From NCBI GenBank assembly GCA_023421675.1, contig JAEZTC010000011.1:31526-63525 (forward strand): a stretch of DNA of 32,000 bases, in the 5' to 3' direction. Both the position numbers and the translations under genes were made by a program. The stretch comes from Bacillota bacterium. Its GTDB lineage: Bacteria; Bacillota; Clostridia; Acetivibrionales; JANLFN01. Shown here one piece after another: positions 19,738 to 28,408 of the stretch; the stretch's first letter is position 1, and each line of letters begins with the position of its first letter. The notes under the pieces were generated by a model. It did not search any database. It was not told the origin of the DNA and saw nothing but the letters and a program-made list of their open reading frames with translations.

Positions 19738-21756
19738 ATGTCTAAAAAAATTACTATTTTAATAACAGTATTTATTACATTACTGATGCAATTTTCAGTA
19801 ACATACAGCGAAACTGGCATAAAAGCATTTTATTCCGGCAAGGTCTTTTCATGTTCCCAACTATTATTGGACAAGAATAATAATTATTTGATAAAATCAT
19901 CTGATTTTGATTCAATTACCGGTTCAAGTACAAGCTTTGACATCGATAATAAAATAGTAACAATTAAATTTTCCGGTGCAGAATATGCATGTGCCCTCGA
20001 AACCGAAAATACGGATGCTTCAGTTCAAATTTCATATTCGCTGCCTGTAATTATAAAAGATTCATTATATTTGCCCCTTGATTTTATCAAAAATACATTC
20101 AATCTTTTGATAAAATATGACAAAGACAGTGCAGCAATATATGTACTGCCTTCTAATCAGTCATATTCCACAGAAACTTACGACTTTATAAATATTACGA
20201 ACAAGTATTCAGTAGCCAGTTCTAAAGAATTTTATCTGGATTTCAATCAATCCGGAAGTGAATTTAGCGATACATCAATTGCTGTTCACGATACAGACCA
20301 GCAATATTCAGCGATAATTAACTGTGACAGTTTCAGCACACCCACAGTTAATGCAATAAAGAAATACTCTGATGATGCTAATGCTTCAAATGAAAAGCTT
20401 TTTGACAAGTTCGTAGAATACAGAAAAAACAGCTATGATTCATTAAACACTTACTTTACAAATACATTCCTTTTGGGAGATAAAAATGGCAATGAAGCTG
20501 CCATGAAGATGATTAGCAAGTCAGAAGGCAGCTTGTACGGTGTTAAAACATATCAGTACATCTATGATACAGGACGCTTCAACTCTACCAAATGGGAAGA
20601 AAAAATACATGTTGATTTTGTTATACCGGTATATGCAAATGGAACTATTTATAATGTAGATTTTACTCTCGATAAAGGACTTATTAATGATACAACACTT
20701 AAGAAAATGACAGGTCTTCTGCAATCGATACAAATCGAAGGACTTTCATCTCAACAGGATATTCCTGATTTATTTAAGGATGCCGAGGTCATAAATGCAG
20801 CAAACAAAGGGATTTATAGCACAACTTACGATAATAAAGATACTACCTCTATTATGTTAGGAAACAATTACAGTGTATCAATTCCATCTGCTTATATTCC
20901 ATGGAACAGCAATAGTATTTCTTATGATGCAGGTTATACAAGCTATAAAATTAATGAAAACACTGATATTTCCTTTAGTTACGAACCATCTGAAACAGTT
21001 GACACCATAGTTAAAAAAATAGATTCAGTTTCAGCAACCATTGGCAGTAATGTAAGTATTACAGACCTTGGAAACATTAATATCGGGAAAAGAGATTTTA
21101 TTTATATTTTATATCAAACAGGTACAAAGGAAAACCCACAGTACTTCTATGACTTTTACACATATTCAGGTACCGAACTATATACATTCAGGTATCATAG
21201 TAAAACCTGTCCTATTGAATCAGAAATAAATAACCTTCACAATATTCTTCAATCCTTTAAACCTTCGGTAAATCTTATGTCTGAAGTTATACCCCCAGCT
21301 AAAAATGAAATAACTTATCAAAGTTACGGGGGGAAGGAAGCAGGATTCAGTATATCAGTTCCTCAAAAATGGATTATTAATAAAAAGGCTGATAAGGAAA
21401 GCAATGATATTGTTTATACTGTAAAAAGTCCGGATTATTCCGGCTCATTCGATATAAGCATATACAATAAAGATACAGCCGCCATTGATCTTTTCCGGGA
21501 TAAACAATATAAGATATTGTCAAGTAGTATTTATATAAATGATGGAATAACAAGTAAAAGGACTCTGGTTAACTACCTTGGCTCAGATGGGAAAAGACGT
21601 CTATCTTTTATTAAGGAATTAAGAACGAAAAACTCAACCTATACATTAGTTGTCTCAGTAAATGAATATATGACCAGTAACGGAAGAATAACCGATAATT
21701 CAATTAATTCAATAATTAATACAATTTCAAGAACATTCAAGTTAATAAATGAATAA
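19738..21756 (+). CDS. Secreted protein with N-terminal copper-amine-oxidase-N-like domain and C-terminal PsbP-like region; function unknown
   Basis: Signal peptide MSKKITILITVFITLLMQFSVTYS; SLYLPLDFIKNTFNLLIKYDKDSAAIYV resembles copper_amine_oxidase_N; C-terminal AGFSISVPQKWII. Confidence 0.6.
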   Translation: MSKKITILITVFITLLMQFSVTYSETGIKAFYSGKVFSCSQLLLDKNNNYLIKSSDFDSITGSSTSFDIDNKIVTIKFSGAEYACALETENTDASVQISYSLPVIIKDSLYLPLDFIKNTFNLLIKYDKDSAAIYVLPSNQSYSTETYDFINITNKYSVASSKEFYLDFNQSGSEFSDTSIAVHDTDQQYSAIINCDSFSTPTVNAIKKYSDDANASNEKLFDKFVEYRKNSYDSLNTYFTNTFLLGDKNGNEAAMKMISKSEGSLYGVKTYQYIYDTGRFNSTKWEEKIHVDFVIPVYANGTIYNVDFTLDKGLINDTTLKKMTGLLQSIQIEGLSSQQDIPDLFKDAEVINAANKGIYSTTYDNKDTTSIMLGNNYSVSIPSAYIPWNSNSISYDAGYTSYKINENTDISFSYEPSETVDTIVKKIDSVSATIGSNVSITDLGNINIGKRDFIYILYQTGTKENPQYFYDFYTYSGTELYTFRYHSKTCPIESEINNLHNILQSFKPSVNLMSEVIPPAKNEITYQSYGGKEAGFSISVPQKWIINKKADKESNDIVYTVKSPDYSGSFDISIYNKDTAAIDLFRDKQYKILSSSIYINDGITSKRTLVNYLGSDGKRRLSFIKELRTKNSTYTLVVSVNEYMTSNGRITDNSINSIINTISRTFKLINE

Positions 21757-21764
21757 GCAAAGAA

Positions 21765-21790
21765 AAGGAACCTGAATTTTCAGGTTCCTT
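21765..21790. terminator. Bidirectional intrinsic terminator between convergent genes
   Basis: Perfect inverted repeat AAGGAACCTG-aatttt-CAGGTTCCTT with flanking A/T tracts. Confidence 0.95.
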
Positions 21791-21803
21791 ATTTATTTTA
21801 TAT

Positions 21804-22923
21804 TTAACTCTTTTTACTCCCTTCAACACCGCTTGCAAGATAGGAGTTTATAAACCCATCAAGTTCACCATCCATCACAGCTCCTACATTGCCATCCTCA
21901 TAGTTGGTTCTGTGATCCTTCACGAGAGTATAAGGACAAAATACATAAGATCTTATCTGGCTTCCCCATGCAATTTCCATTTGCACACCTTTTAAATCCT
22001 CGATCTTTTCCTTGTTTTCTTTTTCTTTTAGCTGTAAAAGTTTCGCTTTCAACATCTTCATTGCAGTATCCCTGTTCTGGAACTGTGAACGTTCAGTTTG
22101 GCAGGAAACTACAACCCCTGTTGGAATATGTGTAATTCTAATTGCAGATTCTGTTTTATTTACGTGCTGACCGCCTGCTCCGCTTGACCTGTAGGTATCT
22201 ACCCTCAAATCATCCGGATTAATATCAACCTGCACGTCCTCGTCCAATTCCGGCATTACATCAAGTGACGCAAAAGATGTATGTCTTCTTCCAGAAGCAT
22301 CAAATGGCGATATACGCACAAGTCTATGGACACCTTTTTCGGATCTCAGATATCCATAAGCGTTCTCACCTATAACATGAATGGTAACACTTTTAATTCC
22401 TGCTTCATCACCATCAAGGAAATCAAGTGTTTTAACTATAAATCCTCTTCCTTCAGCCCATCTGGTATACATTCTCAAAAGCATCTGAACCCAATCCTGA
22501 GCTTCAGTTCCACCTGCCCCAGCATGTAATGTCAATATTGCATTGTTCTTATCATACTGACCTGTAAGAAGGGTTTCAATCTTAAGCTTTTCATACTCAG
22601 CCTTAAGACTTGAAAGACCTTCCCGGATTTCAGGAATTACACTTTCGTCCTGTTCCTCCATACCTAGCTGATTTAAGGTTTTAAGATCTTCCAGCAAGTT
22701 TTCCAGCCTTTGAAATCTTTCCAATTTGGTTTTAATATTCTTTGTTTTCTGAAGTATCTTCTGCGAATTCTCAATATCATTCCAGAAGTCTGGTTCTGTA
22801 GCTTTCATCTCAAGTTCTGCGATTTCATCGTTCAGTCTTGCGATGTCAAAGTGAAGCCCTCATTTCATCCAGAGCACCCTTAATTTCATCAATCTCAACT
22901 TTAAACTGTTCAAGTTCGATCAA
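21804..22923 (-). CDS. prfB: Peptide chain release factor 2, complete gene including programmed +1 frameshift
   Basis: Main ORF has GGQHVNKTESAIRITH and SPF motif region. Upstream in another frame: AAGGAG...TTG(22923) IELEQFKVEIDEIKGALDEMRASL then CTT TGA C (22851-22845). A +1 shift continues as DIARLNDEIAELEMKATEPDFW. Confidence 0.95.
22845..22860 (-). other. prfB programmed +1 ribosomal frameshift site
   Basis: Minus strand AGG GCT TCA CTT TGA C: in-frame TGA with CUU slippery codon and an internal SD-like AGGG at the usual position. Confidence 0.93.
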
Positions 22924-23020
22924 CTATATCATCTCCTTAATTAAAAGTTCAATATATTATAACATATCAGGAAAAACATTTTACAGTTATAGATTTTTTA
23001 CTCAACTCTTTATCAATTAA

Positions 23021-23605
23021 CTATTTACCTTCAAGTTCATGGGTGAAAATTATTGCATCTGCTATTGCTTTCATGGTTAGCCTGCTATCCATACTCTTTT
23101 TTCTGATTTTTTCATAAGCGTCATTTTCACTTATTCCTTCACGCTGCATAAGTATCCACTTTGCACGTTCAACTGCTTTCCTAGTTTCATAGTTTTCTGT
23201 CATTTCTTTGAGTTTTGAGTTTACTTCAATTATCCTTCTATAATAAAGATTTGCAATTTCTACAGTATTGAGAAGTAGCTCCCTGCTAACAGGTTTGAAG
23301 CAGTTGACCGAGACCTTTCCCTTATCTATAACACTGATATTGTCAATTTCTTTATAGTCTCCCAATGTTACACATGAACAAAGCAGTTCTTCATCAATAG
23401 TCTCCAGAGTATTCTGTAATTCTCTGCCCTGCATGGCAAGATCTACAATAATAAAATCGGGGTTATAGCTTCGGACAATCCGTAACAAGGAAACAGGATC
23501 AAAGCAGTTTCCCAGAAACATATAACCTGCTGGATTCAACATATTGCGAATGTTTATTTGGGAAGGATTGTCAGGAGTAGCAACTACATATTTTTCTCCA
23601 GCCAT
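23021..23605 (-). CDS. ANTAR-domain response-regulator-like RNA-binding antiterminator
   Basis: Receiver-like N-terminus (PDFIIVDLAM...) and C-terminal ANTAR domain RKAVERAKWILMQREGISENDAYEKIRKKSMDSRLTMKAIADAII. Confidence 0.93.
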   Translation of the reverse strand: MAGEKYVVATPDNPSQINIRNMLNPAGYMFLGNCFDPVSLLRIVRSYNPDFIIVDLAMQGRELQNTLETIDEELLCSCVTLGDYKEIDNISVIDKGKVSVNCFKPVSRELLLNTVEIANLYYRRIIEVNSKLKEMTENYETRKAVERAKWILMQREGISENDAYEKIRKKSMDSRLTMKAIADAIIFTHELEGK

Positions 23606-23990
23606 AATAACCGCCTTTAGTGATTTTTTTCGTCAGTAAATTAATTTGCCTTACTATTGACCTTAATTATATTATTCAAGATAAATATATTTATCCTTAC
23701 CGTTCTATAGGTTAATATATCAGAAAAAATTTATAAAATAAAGAGTCTTTTTATCAGTCATAATCCATTAATAAAAAATATTGCAAGTTTGCTACGTGAG
23801 AATTTCATTTTTTAAAAAATATGGGTACAATGAATATCAACAATACTCTCAAAACAAACACAGTAAAGTTAAGGGCGCTTAAATAACATTGTATGATAAT
23901 AACAAATTCACATATGAATTTAGCAAAAAATCATATTGCATTTTGCAAACAGTAGTGTTATAATAACATCAATCGATGAAGAAATAAGTG

Positions 23991-24030
23991 AAGGCGCTTA
24001 TCAGATTATTCTGATAAAGTGTCTTTTTTT
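23991..24030 (+). terminator. Strong intrinsic terminator upstream of amtB
   Basis: AAGGCGCTTATCAG-attatt-CTGATAAaGTGTCTT stem (with G-U pairs and one bulged A) followed by a T tract. Confidence 0.85.
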
Positions 24031-24051
24031 ATTTCAAAAAAAATTATTATA

Positions 24052-24111
24052 GAATCCCATCGGTGCGATTCATAAATGGAGCTCCAAAAGTAATTATCAA
24101 AGTCGATAATT
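24052..24111 (+). promoter_or_regulatory. Candidate ANTAR-protein target: two tandem hexaloop hairpins in the amtB leader
   Basis: P1: GAATC(C)C-[ATCGGT]-G(C)GATTC, 24052-24071. P2: AATTATC-[AAAGTC]-GATAATT, 24092-24111. Both hexaloops have A at position 1 and G at position 4. Confidence 0.72.
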
Positions 24112-24186
24112 CTCCTAAGTCATTATCATTATTTAAAATTTATTTTGCCCGTTTTAGGCATGGTTAAATTAAAGGAGGAGTCGAAA

Positions 24187-25512
24187 ATGAAATCAAAAAA
24201 ACTTTTTGGATTATTTATTTTTATTGTTGTTCTTTTTTGTTTATCAGGTGCTGCTTTTGCAGAGGGTGATGCCCCTAAAATAGACACTGGTGATACGACT
24301 TTTAATATTCTTTCAACTGTTCTCGTATTTATAATGACACCTGGTTTGGCTTTCTTTTATGGCGGTATGGTAAGAAAGAAAAATGTTTTAAATACAATGA
24401 TGAGTTCATTTGTAATAATAGCGATAGTATCTATTCAATGGGTAATAATAGGCTATACGCTTGCATTTGGTCCTGACAAGGGCCACCTTATAGGAGGACT
24501 TGACTGGCTGGGCTTTAATTCAGTAGGCGGCGACCCAAACGCAGCATATGCAGCTACTATCCCACATGCATCCTTTGCCATGTTTCAAATGATGTTTGCT
24601 ATTATAACTCCTGCACTTATCACTGGAGCAATCGCAGAAAGAATGAGATTCCCGGCGCTTATAATATTTGTAACCTTGTGGTCCTTCCTGGTATATGATC
24701 CTCTGGCTCACTGGGTATGGGGCGTTGGCGGATGGTTAAGAAATCTTGGTGCTCTTGACTTTGCAGGCGGTACAGTTGTTCACATAAGCTCAGGTATTTC
24801 AGGACTTGTGGCATGTATTATGTTAGGTAAGCGTAAAAAATCCTCCAGCATGACGCCTCACAACATACCATTTGTACTGCTTGGAGCAGGATTACTTTGG
24901 TTTGGCTGGTTCGGATTCAATGCCGGAAGTGCACTGCAAGCAAACGGGGCTGCTTTGAATGCTTTTGTTACAACTAATACAGCTGCTGCTGCTGCAACAC
25001 TCTCATGGATTTTAATAGAATATTTCCATCATGGAAAATCAACAGTTCTTGGGGCAGCGACCGGCGCTGTAATCGGTCTGGTAGCGATTACTCCAGGGGC
25101 AGGTTTTGTAACACCTATGTACTCAATTATAATCGGATTACTGGTAAGCCCGATATGTTATTTTGCAATTACTGTTATTAAATCAAAGTTCGGTTATGAC
25201 GATGCACTTGATGCTTTTGGATGCCATGGCATAGGCGGTATCTGGGGAGCTTTAGCAACAGGTATATTTGCAAATTATGGCGGTGCAAAAGGTCTTATAA
25301 GCGGCAATCCTGCTCAGCTCCTATATCAATTAATAGCAGTCGCTGTTACAATAGTTCTTGCAATTGTTATGACAGTAGTGATACTTAAGGTAACTTCGAT
25401 TTTCACTAAGCTCCGTGTAAGCGAGAGAGATGAAGATGACGGCCTTGATATAGCTGAACATGGTGAAGATGCTTACCCTGATTTCACTTCAGACCAAAGC
25501 ATTATATTATAG
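24187..25512 (+). CDS. amtB: Ammonium transporter
   Basis: TPGLAFFYGGMVRKKN, GDLTF-type region WIIIGYTLAFG, FGCHGIGGIWGALATGIF. AAGGAGG then ATG at 24187; the track's 24145 start is upstream of the SD. Confidence 0.96.
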   Translation: MKSKKLFGLFIFIVVLFCLSGAAFAEGDAPKIDTGDTTFNILSTVLVFIMTPGLAFFYGGMVRKKNVLNTMMSSFVIIAIVSIQWVIIGYTLAFGPDKGHLIGGLDWLGFNSVGGDPNAAYAATIPHASFAMFQMMFAIITPALITGAIAERMRFPALIIFVTLWSFLVYDPLAHWVWGVGGWLRNLGALDFAGGTVVHISSGISGLVACIMLGKRKKSSSMTPHNIPFVLLGAGLLWFGWFGFNAGSALQANGAALNAFVTTNTAAAAATLSWILIEYFHHGKSTVLGAATGAVIGLVAITPGAGFVTPMYSIIIGLLVSPICYFAITVIKSKFGYDDALDAFGCHGIGGIWGALATGIFANYGGAKGLISGNPAQLLYQLIAVAVTIVLAIVMTVVILKVTSIFTKLRVSERDEDDGLDIAEHGEDAYPDFTSDQSIIL

Positions 25513-25580
25513 TAAATTTATATATCTTGTTAACAAGATTTTATAAATAAATTATAATTTAAAAAGAGAGGTGACATAGT

Positions 25581-25919
25581 ATGAAAAAAATAGAAGCAAT
25601 TATACGTCCCGGCAAACTCGAGGAGATCAAAGATGCACTAAACAAATTCAATGTGCATGGTCTTACAATAAGTCAGGTAATGGGCTGCGGTTTACAGAAA
25701 GGCAGAAAAGAGTATTATAGGGGTACTGAGGTAACCTTAAACCTTTTGCCGAAAATTAAAATAGAAATTGTAACCAAAGACGATCATGTTGATGATATTA
25801 TCAGGCTTATATCAGAAGAAGCTAAAACCGGTGAAGTCGGTGACGGTAAAATATTCATTTATGATATAACAGATGTAATCAGGATAAGAACTGGCGAAAG
25901 AGGCGAAGGCGCAATCTGA
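25581..25919 (+). CDS. glnB: PII family nitrogen regulatory protein
   Basis: MKKIEAIIRPGKLEEIKDAL, T-loop GLQKGRKEYYRGTEV, TGEVGDGKIFIYDITDVIRIRTGERG. Confidence 0.96.
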   Translation: MKKIEAIIRPGKLEEIKDALNKFNVHGLTISQVMGCGLQKGRKEYYRGTEVTLNLLPKIKIEIVTKDDHVDDIIRLISEEAKTGEVGDGKIFIYDITDVIRIRTGERGEGAI

Positions 25920-25954
25920 TTACTTATAGAAATAATCTTCAAAAAAGCATCAAA

Positions 25955-25996
25955 AAAGGAACATCCAGGTTCAAACACCAGGTGTTCCTTTTTTTG
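25955..25996. terminator. Bidirectional terminator between glnB and the lipoprotein genes
   Basis: AAGGAACAtCC...GGTGTTCCTTTTTTT inverted repeat between convergent genes. Confidence 0.85.
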
Positions 25997-26015
25997 TACA
26001 TAAACGAATTAGAAA

Positions 26016-26714
26016 TTATTGTTGAAATAATTCAGGCGTAACGCCCACCTCAGTAATCATTGCCAATGTACTATTATCAGTAACTTCGCCCTCATCTGAA
26101 CTAATATTAAAAGCAAATATTACAGCAAAATAGTTTCCATCATCTTTTATTTCCTTATAGGAATTAAGTTTTTTAATGTTATCACCATCAACTTTAAAGT
26201 AGTATTCAATAGAACTTCCTGTACCACCTTCCATTGATTCAGGCAAGGCACCCATTACTTTAACAACATCGGATTTCTTATCTCCTAATTTTATACCCTT
26301 TACTGTAAATTGTGATTCGTCATTAGCGTTATCCTTAGAGATAGCAATATTTTCAGATACATCATTTCTATATACAACAGATAACTGTCCATATGTAGTT
26401 GTTAAATCTTCTTTACCTTGACCTAGCGCTTTTTCAATATCAGCTTTTGTAGAACCAAACTTAACCGACTTACCATCTTTTGTTTTAAATGCAAAATCAT
26501 CCAACTTTAATGCCTGGCTGTCTGATTTTTTTTCATCAGAAGTACTTTTCGCTTTATCAGTTGATACATTACTGCTTGCTTTTGAAACAGTATCACTGTT
26601 ACTTGCCTTACTTTCCTTATCACCGCATGAAGTCATTGAGAACATGAATGCAACGCATAATAATGCAACAACAGTTATATTAAAACCATGCTTTAGTACT
26701 TTAACTTTTTTCAT
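26016..26714 (-). CDS. Putative lipoprotein, tandem paralog 2
   Basis: Signal peptide with lipobox-like MTSC; shares KxGxxKxDVxKxxG and YYFKVxG segments with the adjacent CDS. Confidence 0.8.
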   Translation of the reverse strand: MKKVKVLKHGFNITVVALLCVAFMFSMTSCGDKESKASNSDTVSKASSNVSTDKAKSTSDEKKSDSQALKLDDFAFKTKDGKSVKFGSTKADIEKALGQGKEDLTTTYGQLSVVYRNDVSENIAISKDNANDESQFTVKGIKLGDKKSDVVKVMGALPESMEGGTGSSIEYYFKVDGDNIKKLNSYKEIKDDGNYFAVIFAFNISSDEGEVTDNSTLAMITEVGVTPELFQQ

Positions 26715-26735
26715 TTATATTATCCCCTTAGTTAA

Positions 26736-27404
26736 TTAGCTCAAATCTACATACAATACTGTAACAGATTTAAGAGTATCATCATCGGCAAATTTAAATA
26801 AATAACTTATGTACTTTGCATTTGATGTATCTTCCATCATATCTCTTTGAGCTGCAACAAATGTACCATTTTCACCGTTCACTTTAAAGTAATATTCAGC
26901 TTCTGTTTTATCTGCAGTTACATCACTAAATGGCTTGCTGGGCTCACCCAATGCCTTTATAACATCAGCCTTTTTATCTCCTAACTTTATACCCTTAAAC
27001 GTATACTCAGATTGCTCGTCTGAGCTCATTTTCTGGAATATAATGGTATTTGCAATATCATCTTTGTATGTAACAGAAAGTTGTCCGTATTCATACATAT
27101 CCTGGAAGCTTCCTTCCTTACCCTCACCTAGAAGCTTAACAACATCTTCTTTCTTCATTCCAAGAGTAACTTCTTTTCCATCTTTTGATTTAACACTAAA
27201 TTCAGAAAGCTTTACTTCCTTACCTGTACCTTTATCAGCTGCTGATTTTCCAGTTGAACTTTCAACTACTGCAGCTGTATTGGAATTTGAATCGGCAGAC
27301 TTATCGTCACTTCCGCAACCTGCCATTGTAAATACCATAGATACGGATAACGTGAAAACTACAATTGTCCCAATTGCCTTTGAAAAAATGTTTTTGTGTT
27401 TCAT
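26736..27404 (-). CDS. Putative lipoprotein, tandem paralog 1
   Basis: Lipobox MAGC; SD GGAGGT places the start at 27404 (MKHKN) rather than 27416. Similar throughout to the adjacent CDS. Confidence 0.8.
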   Translation of the reverse strand: MKHKNIFSKAIGTIVVFTLSVSMVFTMAGCGSDDKSADSNSNTAAVVESSTGKSAADKGTGKEVKLSEFSVKSKDGKEVTLGMKKEDVVKLLGEGKEGSFQDMYEYGQLSVTYKDDIANTIIFQKMSSDEQSEYTFKGIKLGDKKADVIKALGEPSKPFSDVTADKTEAEYYFKVNGENGTFVAAQRDMMEDTSNAKYISYLFKFADDDTLKSVTVLYVDLS

Positions 27405-27538
27405 TTCTACCTCCAATATTTAAGCATAATTTTTTTGTCTTTTAATAGTATACTTATCATTATCGATTGAAATAAAGTGAATTTGTTGCTCTTTTTCGTT
27501 TTATTTTGCCATTTTGTATACAATTTTGCACAAAAAAT

Positions 27539-27559
27539 AAAACTGCTTTTTAGCAGTTT
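27539..27559 (-). terminator. Intrinsic terminator after the Cof-type HAD gene
   Basis: AAACTGCT-tttt-AGCAGTTT followed on the minus strand by tattttttg. Confidence 0.85.
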
Positions 27560-27578
27560 CATTCATTATTTTTATCTT

Positions 27579-28394
27579 TTATAAGAATTTCTTTATAGCC
27601 ACTGCAACTCCATCCTCGTCATTAGTAAGAGTGATATAGCCCGCAATCTCTTTTAGAGAGTCTTCCCCATTACCCATGGCAATACCTAAGCCAGCCATTT
27701 TTATCATTGAATAATCATTTTCATTGTCACCAATTGCAATTACTTCTTCATTAATTATTCCATATCTTTTCATGATGAAATCAAGTGCATTTGCCTTACT
27801 TACTCCCCGGTTCATTACTTCAAAATTGTCGTCAAAAGAACTCATTACCTCGATCGTTTCAACTTCTTCTGCCCTTTTTCTGGCCTTAAGAAGCTGTTGT
27901 CTGTCATCAGAAACAACCACAATTTTTGAAGCTTTCAGGTGTGAATTGCCGATAACGCTTTTTACATCATCAACAACCTGTACATCAATTCTATCCTCAG
28001 GCTCCAGATTTTTATTAAGCTGTGAATAAAATGTCGATCCATACATGAGTTTCTCTGTATACATGGTATCATTAACATATGTATGAAAATAAATATTTTC
28101 ATCATGGCAAATGTCTATTATTTTAAGACAGTCTTCAGGATTTAAGGAGTTTTCAAAAATCACCGAATCATCTGATGCATCCCTTATAGTCGCCCCATTG
28201 CATGCTATAACAAGCTCCTGTGTGCCTATTTGTCTAGCGTACAGCTTGGCTCCTTTATATATCCTTCCCGAACAAACTACAACTCTTACCCCATTCTGAA
28301 TAACACGCTTGATTTCGTTAAGATTACGCTGTGATATTTGTTTGTGCGAATCGAGTAAGGTTCCATCCAGATCCATTGCTACTAATTTGTACAT
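27579..28394 (-). CDS. Cof-type HAD-superfamily phosphatase
   Basis: MYKLVAMDLDGTLLDS, VVVCSGR, KANALDF and VIAIGDNENDYSMIKMAGLGIAMGN motifs. Confidence 0.95.
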   Translation of the reverse strand: MYKLVAMDLDGTLLDSHKQISQRNLNEIKRVIQNGVRVVVCSGRIYKGAKLYARQIGTQELVIACNGATIRDASDDSVIFENSLNPEDCLKIIDICHDENIYFHTYVNDTMYTEKLMYGSTFYSQLNKNLEPEDRIDVQVVDDVKSVIGNSHLKASKIVVVSDDRQQLLKARKRAEEVETIEVMSSFDDNFEVMNRGVSKANALDFIMKRYGIINEEVIAIGDNENDYSMIKMAGLGIAMGNGEDSLKEIAGYITLTNDEDGVAVAIKKFL

Positions 28395-28408
28395 TTATTA
28401 ATACCCTT

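Noticed and set aside
20521-20733. 70-aa minus-strand ORF inside the secreted-protein gene
   Set aside because: Fully antisense to a longer, well-supported CDS with a signal peptide and RBS; no recognisable features.
23904-23921. AAATTC[ACATAT]GAATTT hexaloop hairpin as an additional ANTAR arm
   Set aside because: A hexaloop with A at position 1 but T at position 4, so it does not fit the A1/G4 rule. Retained only as part of the structured upstream RNA.
24005-24010. Terminator loop ATTATT as an ANTAR hexaloop
   Set aside because: Loop position 4 is A rather than G, and the long GC-containing stem plus T tract is better explained as an intrinsic terminator.
24077-24086. TGGAGCTCCA perfect palindrome between the two ANTAR-like hairpins
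   Set aside because: Too short to form an RNA hairpin loop and isolated; could be chance. No matching operator was recognised.
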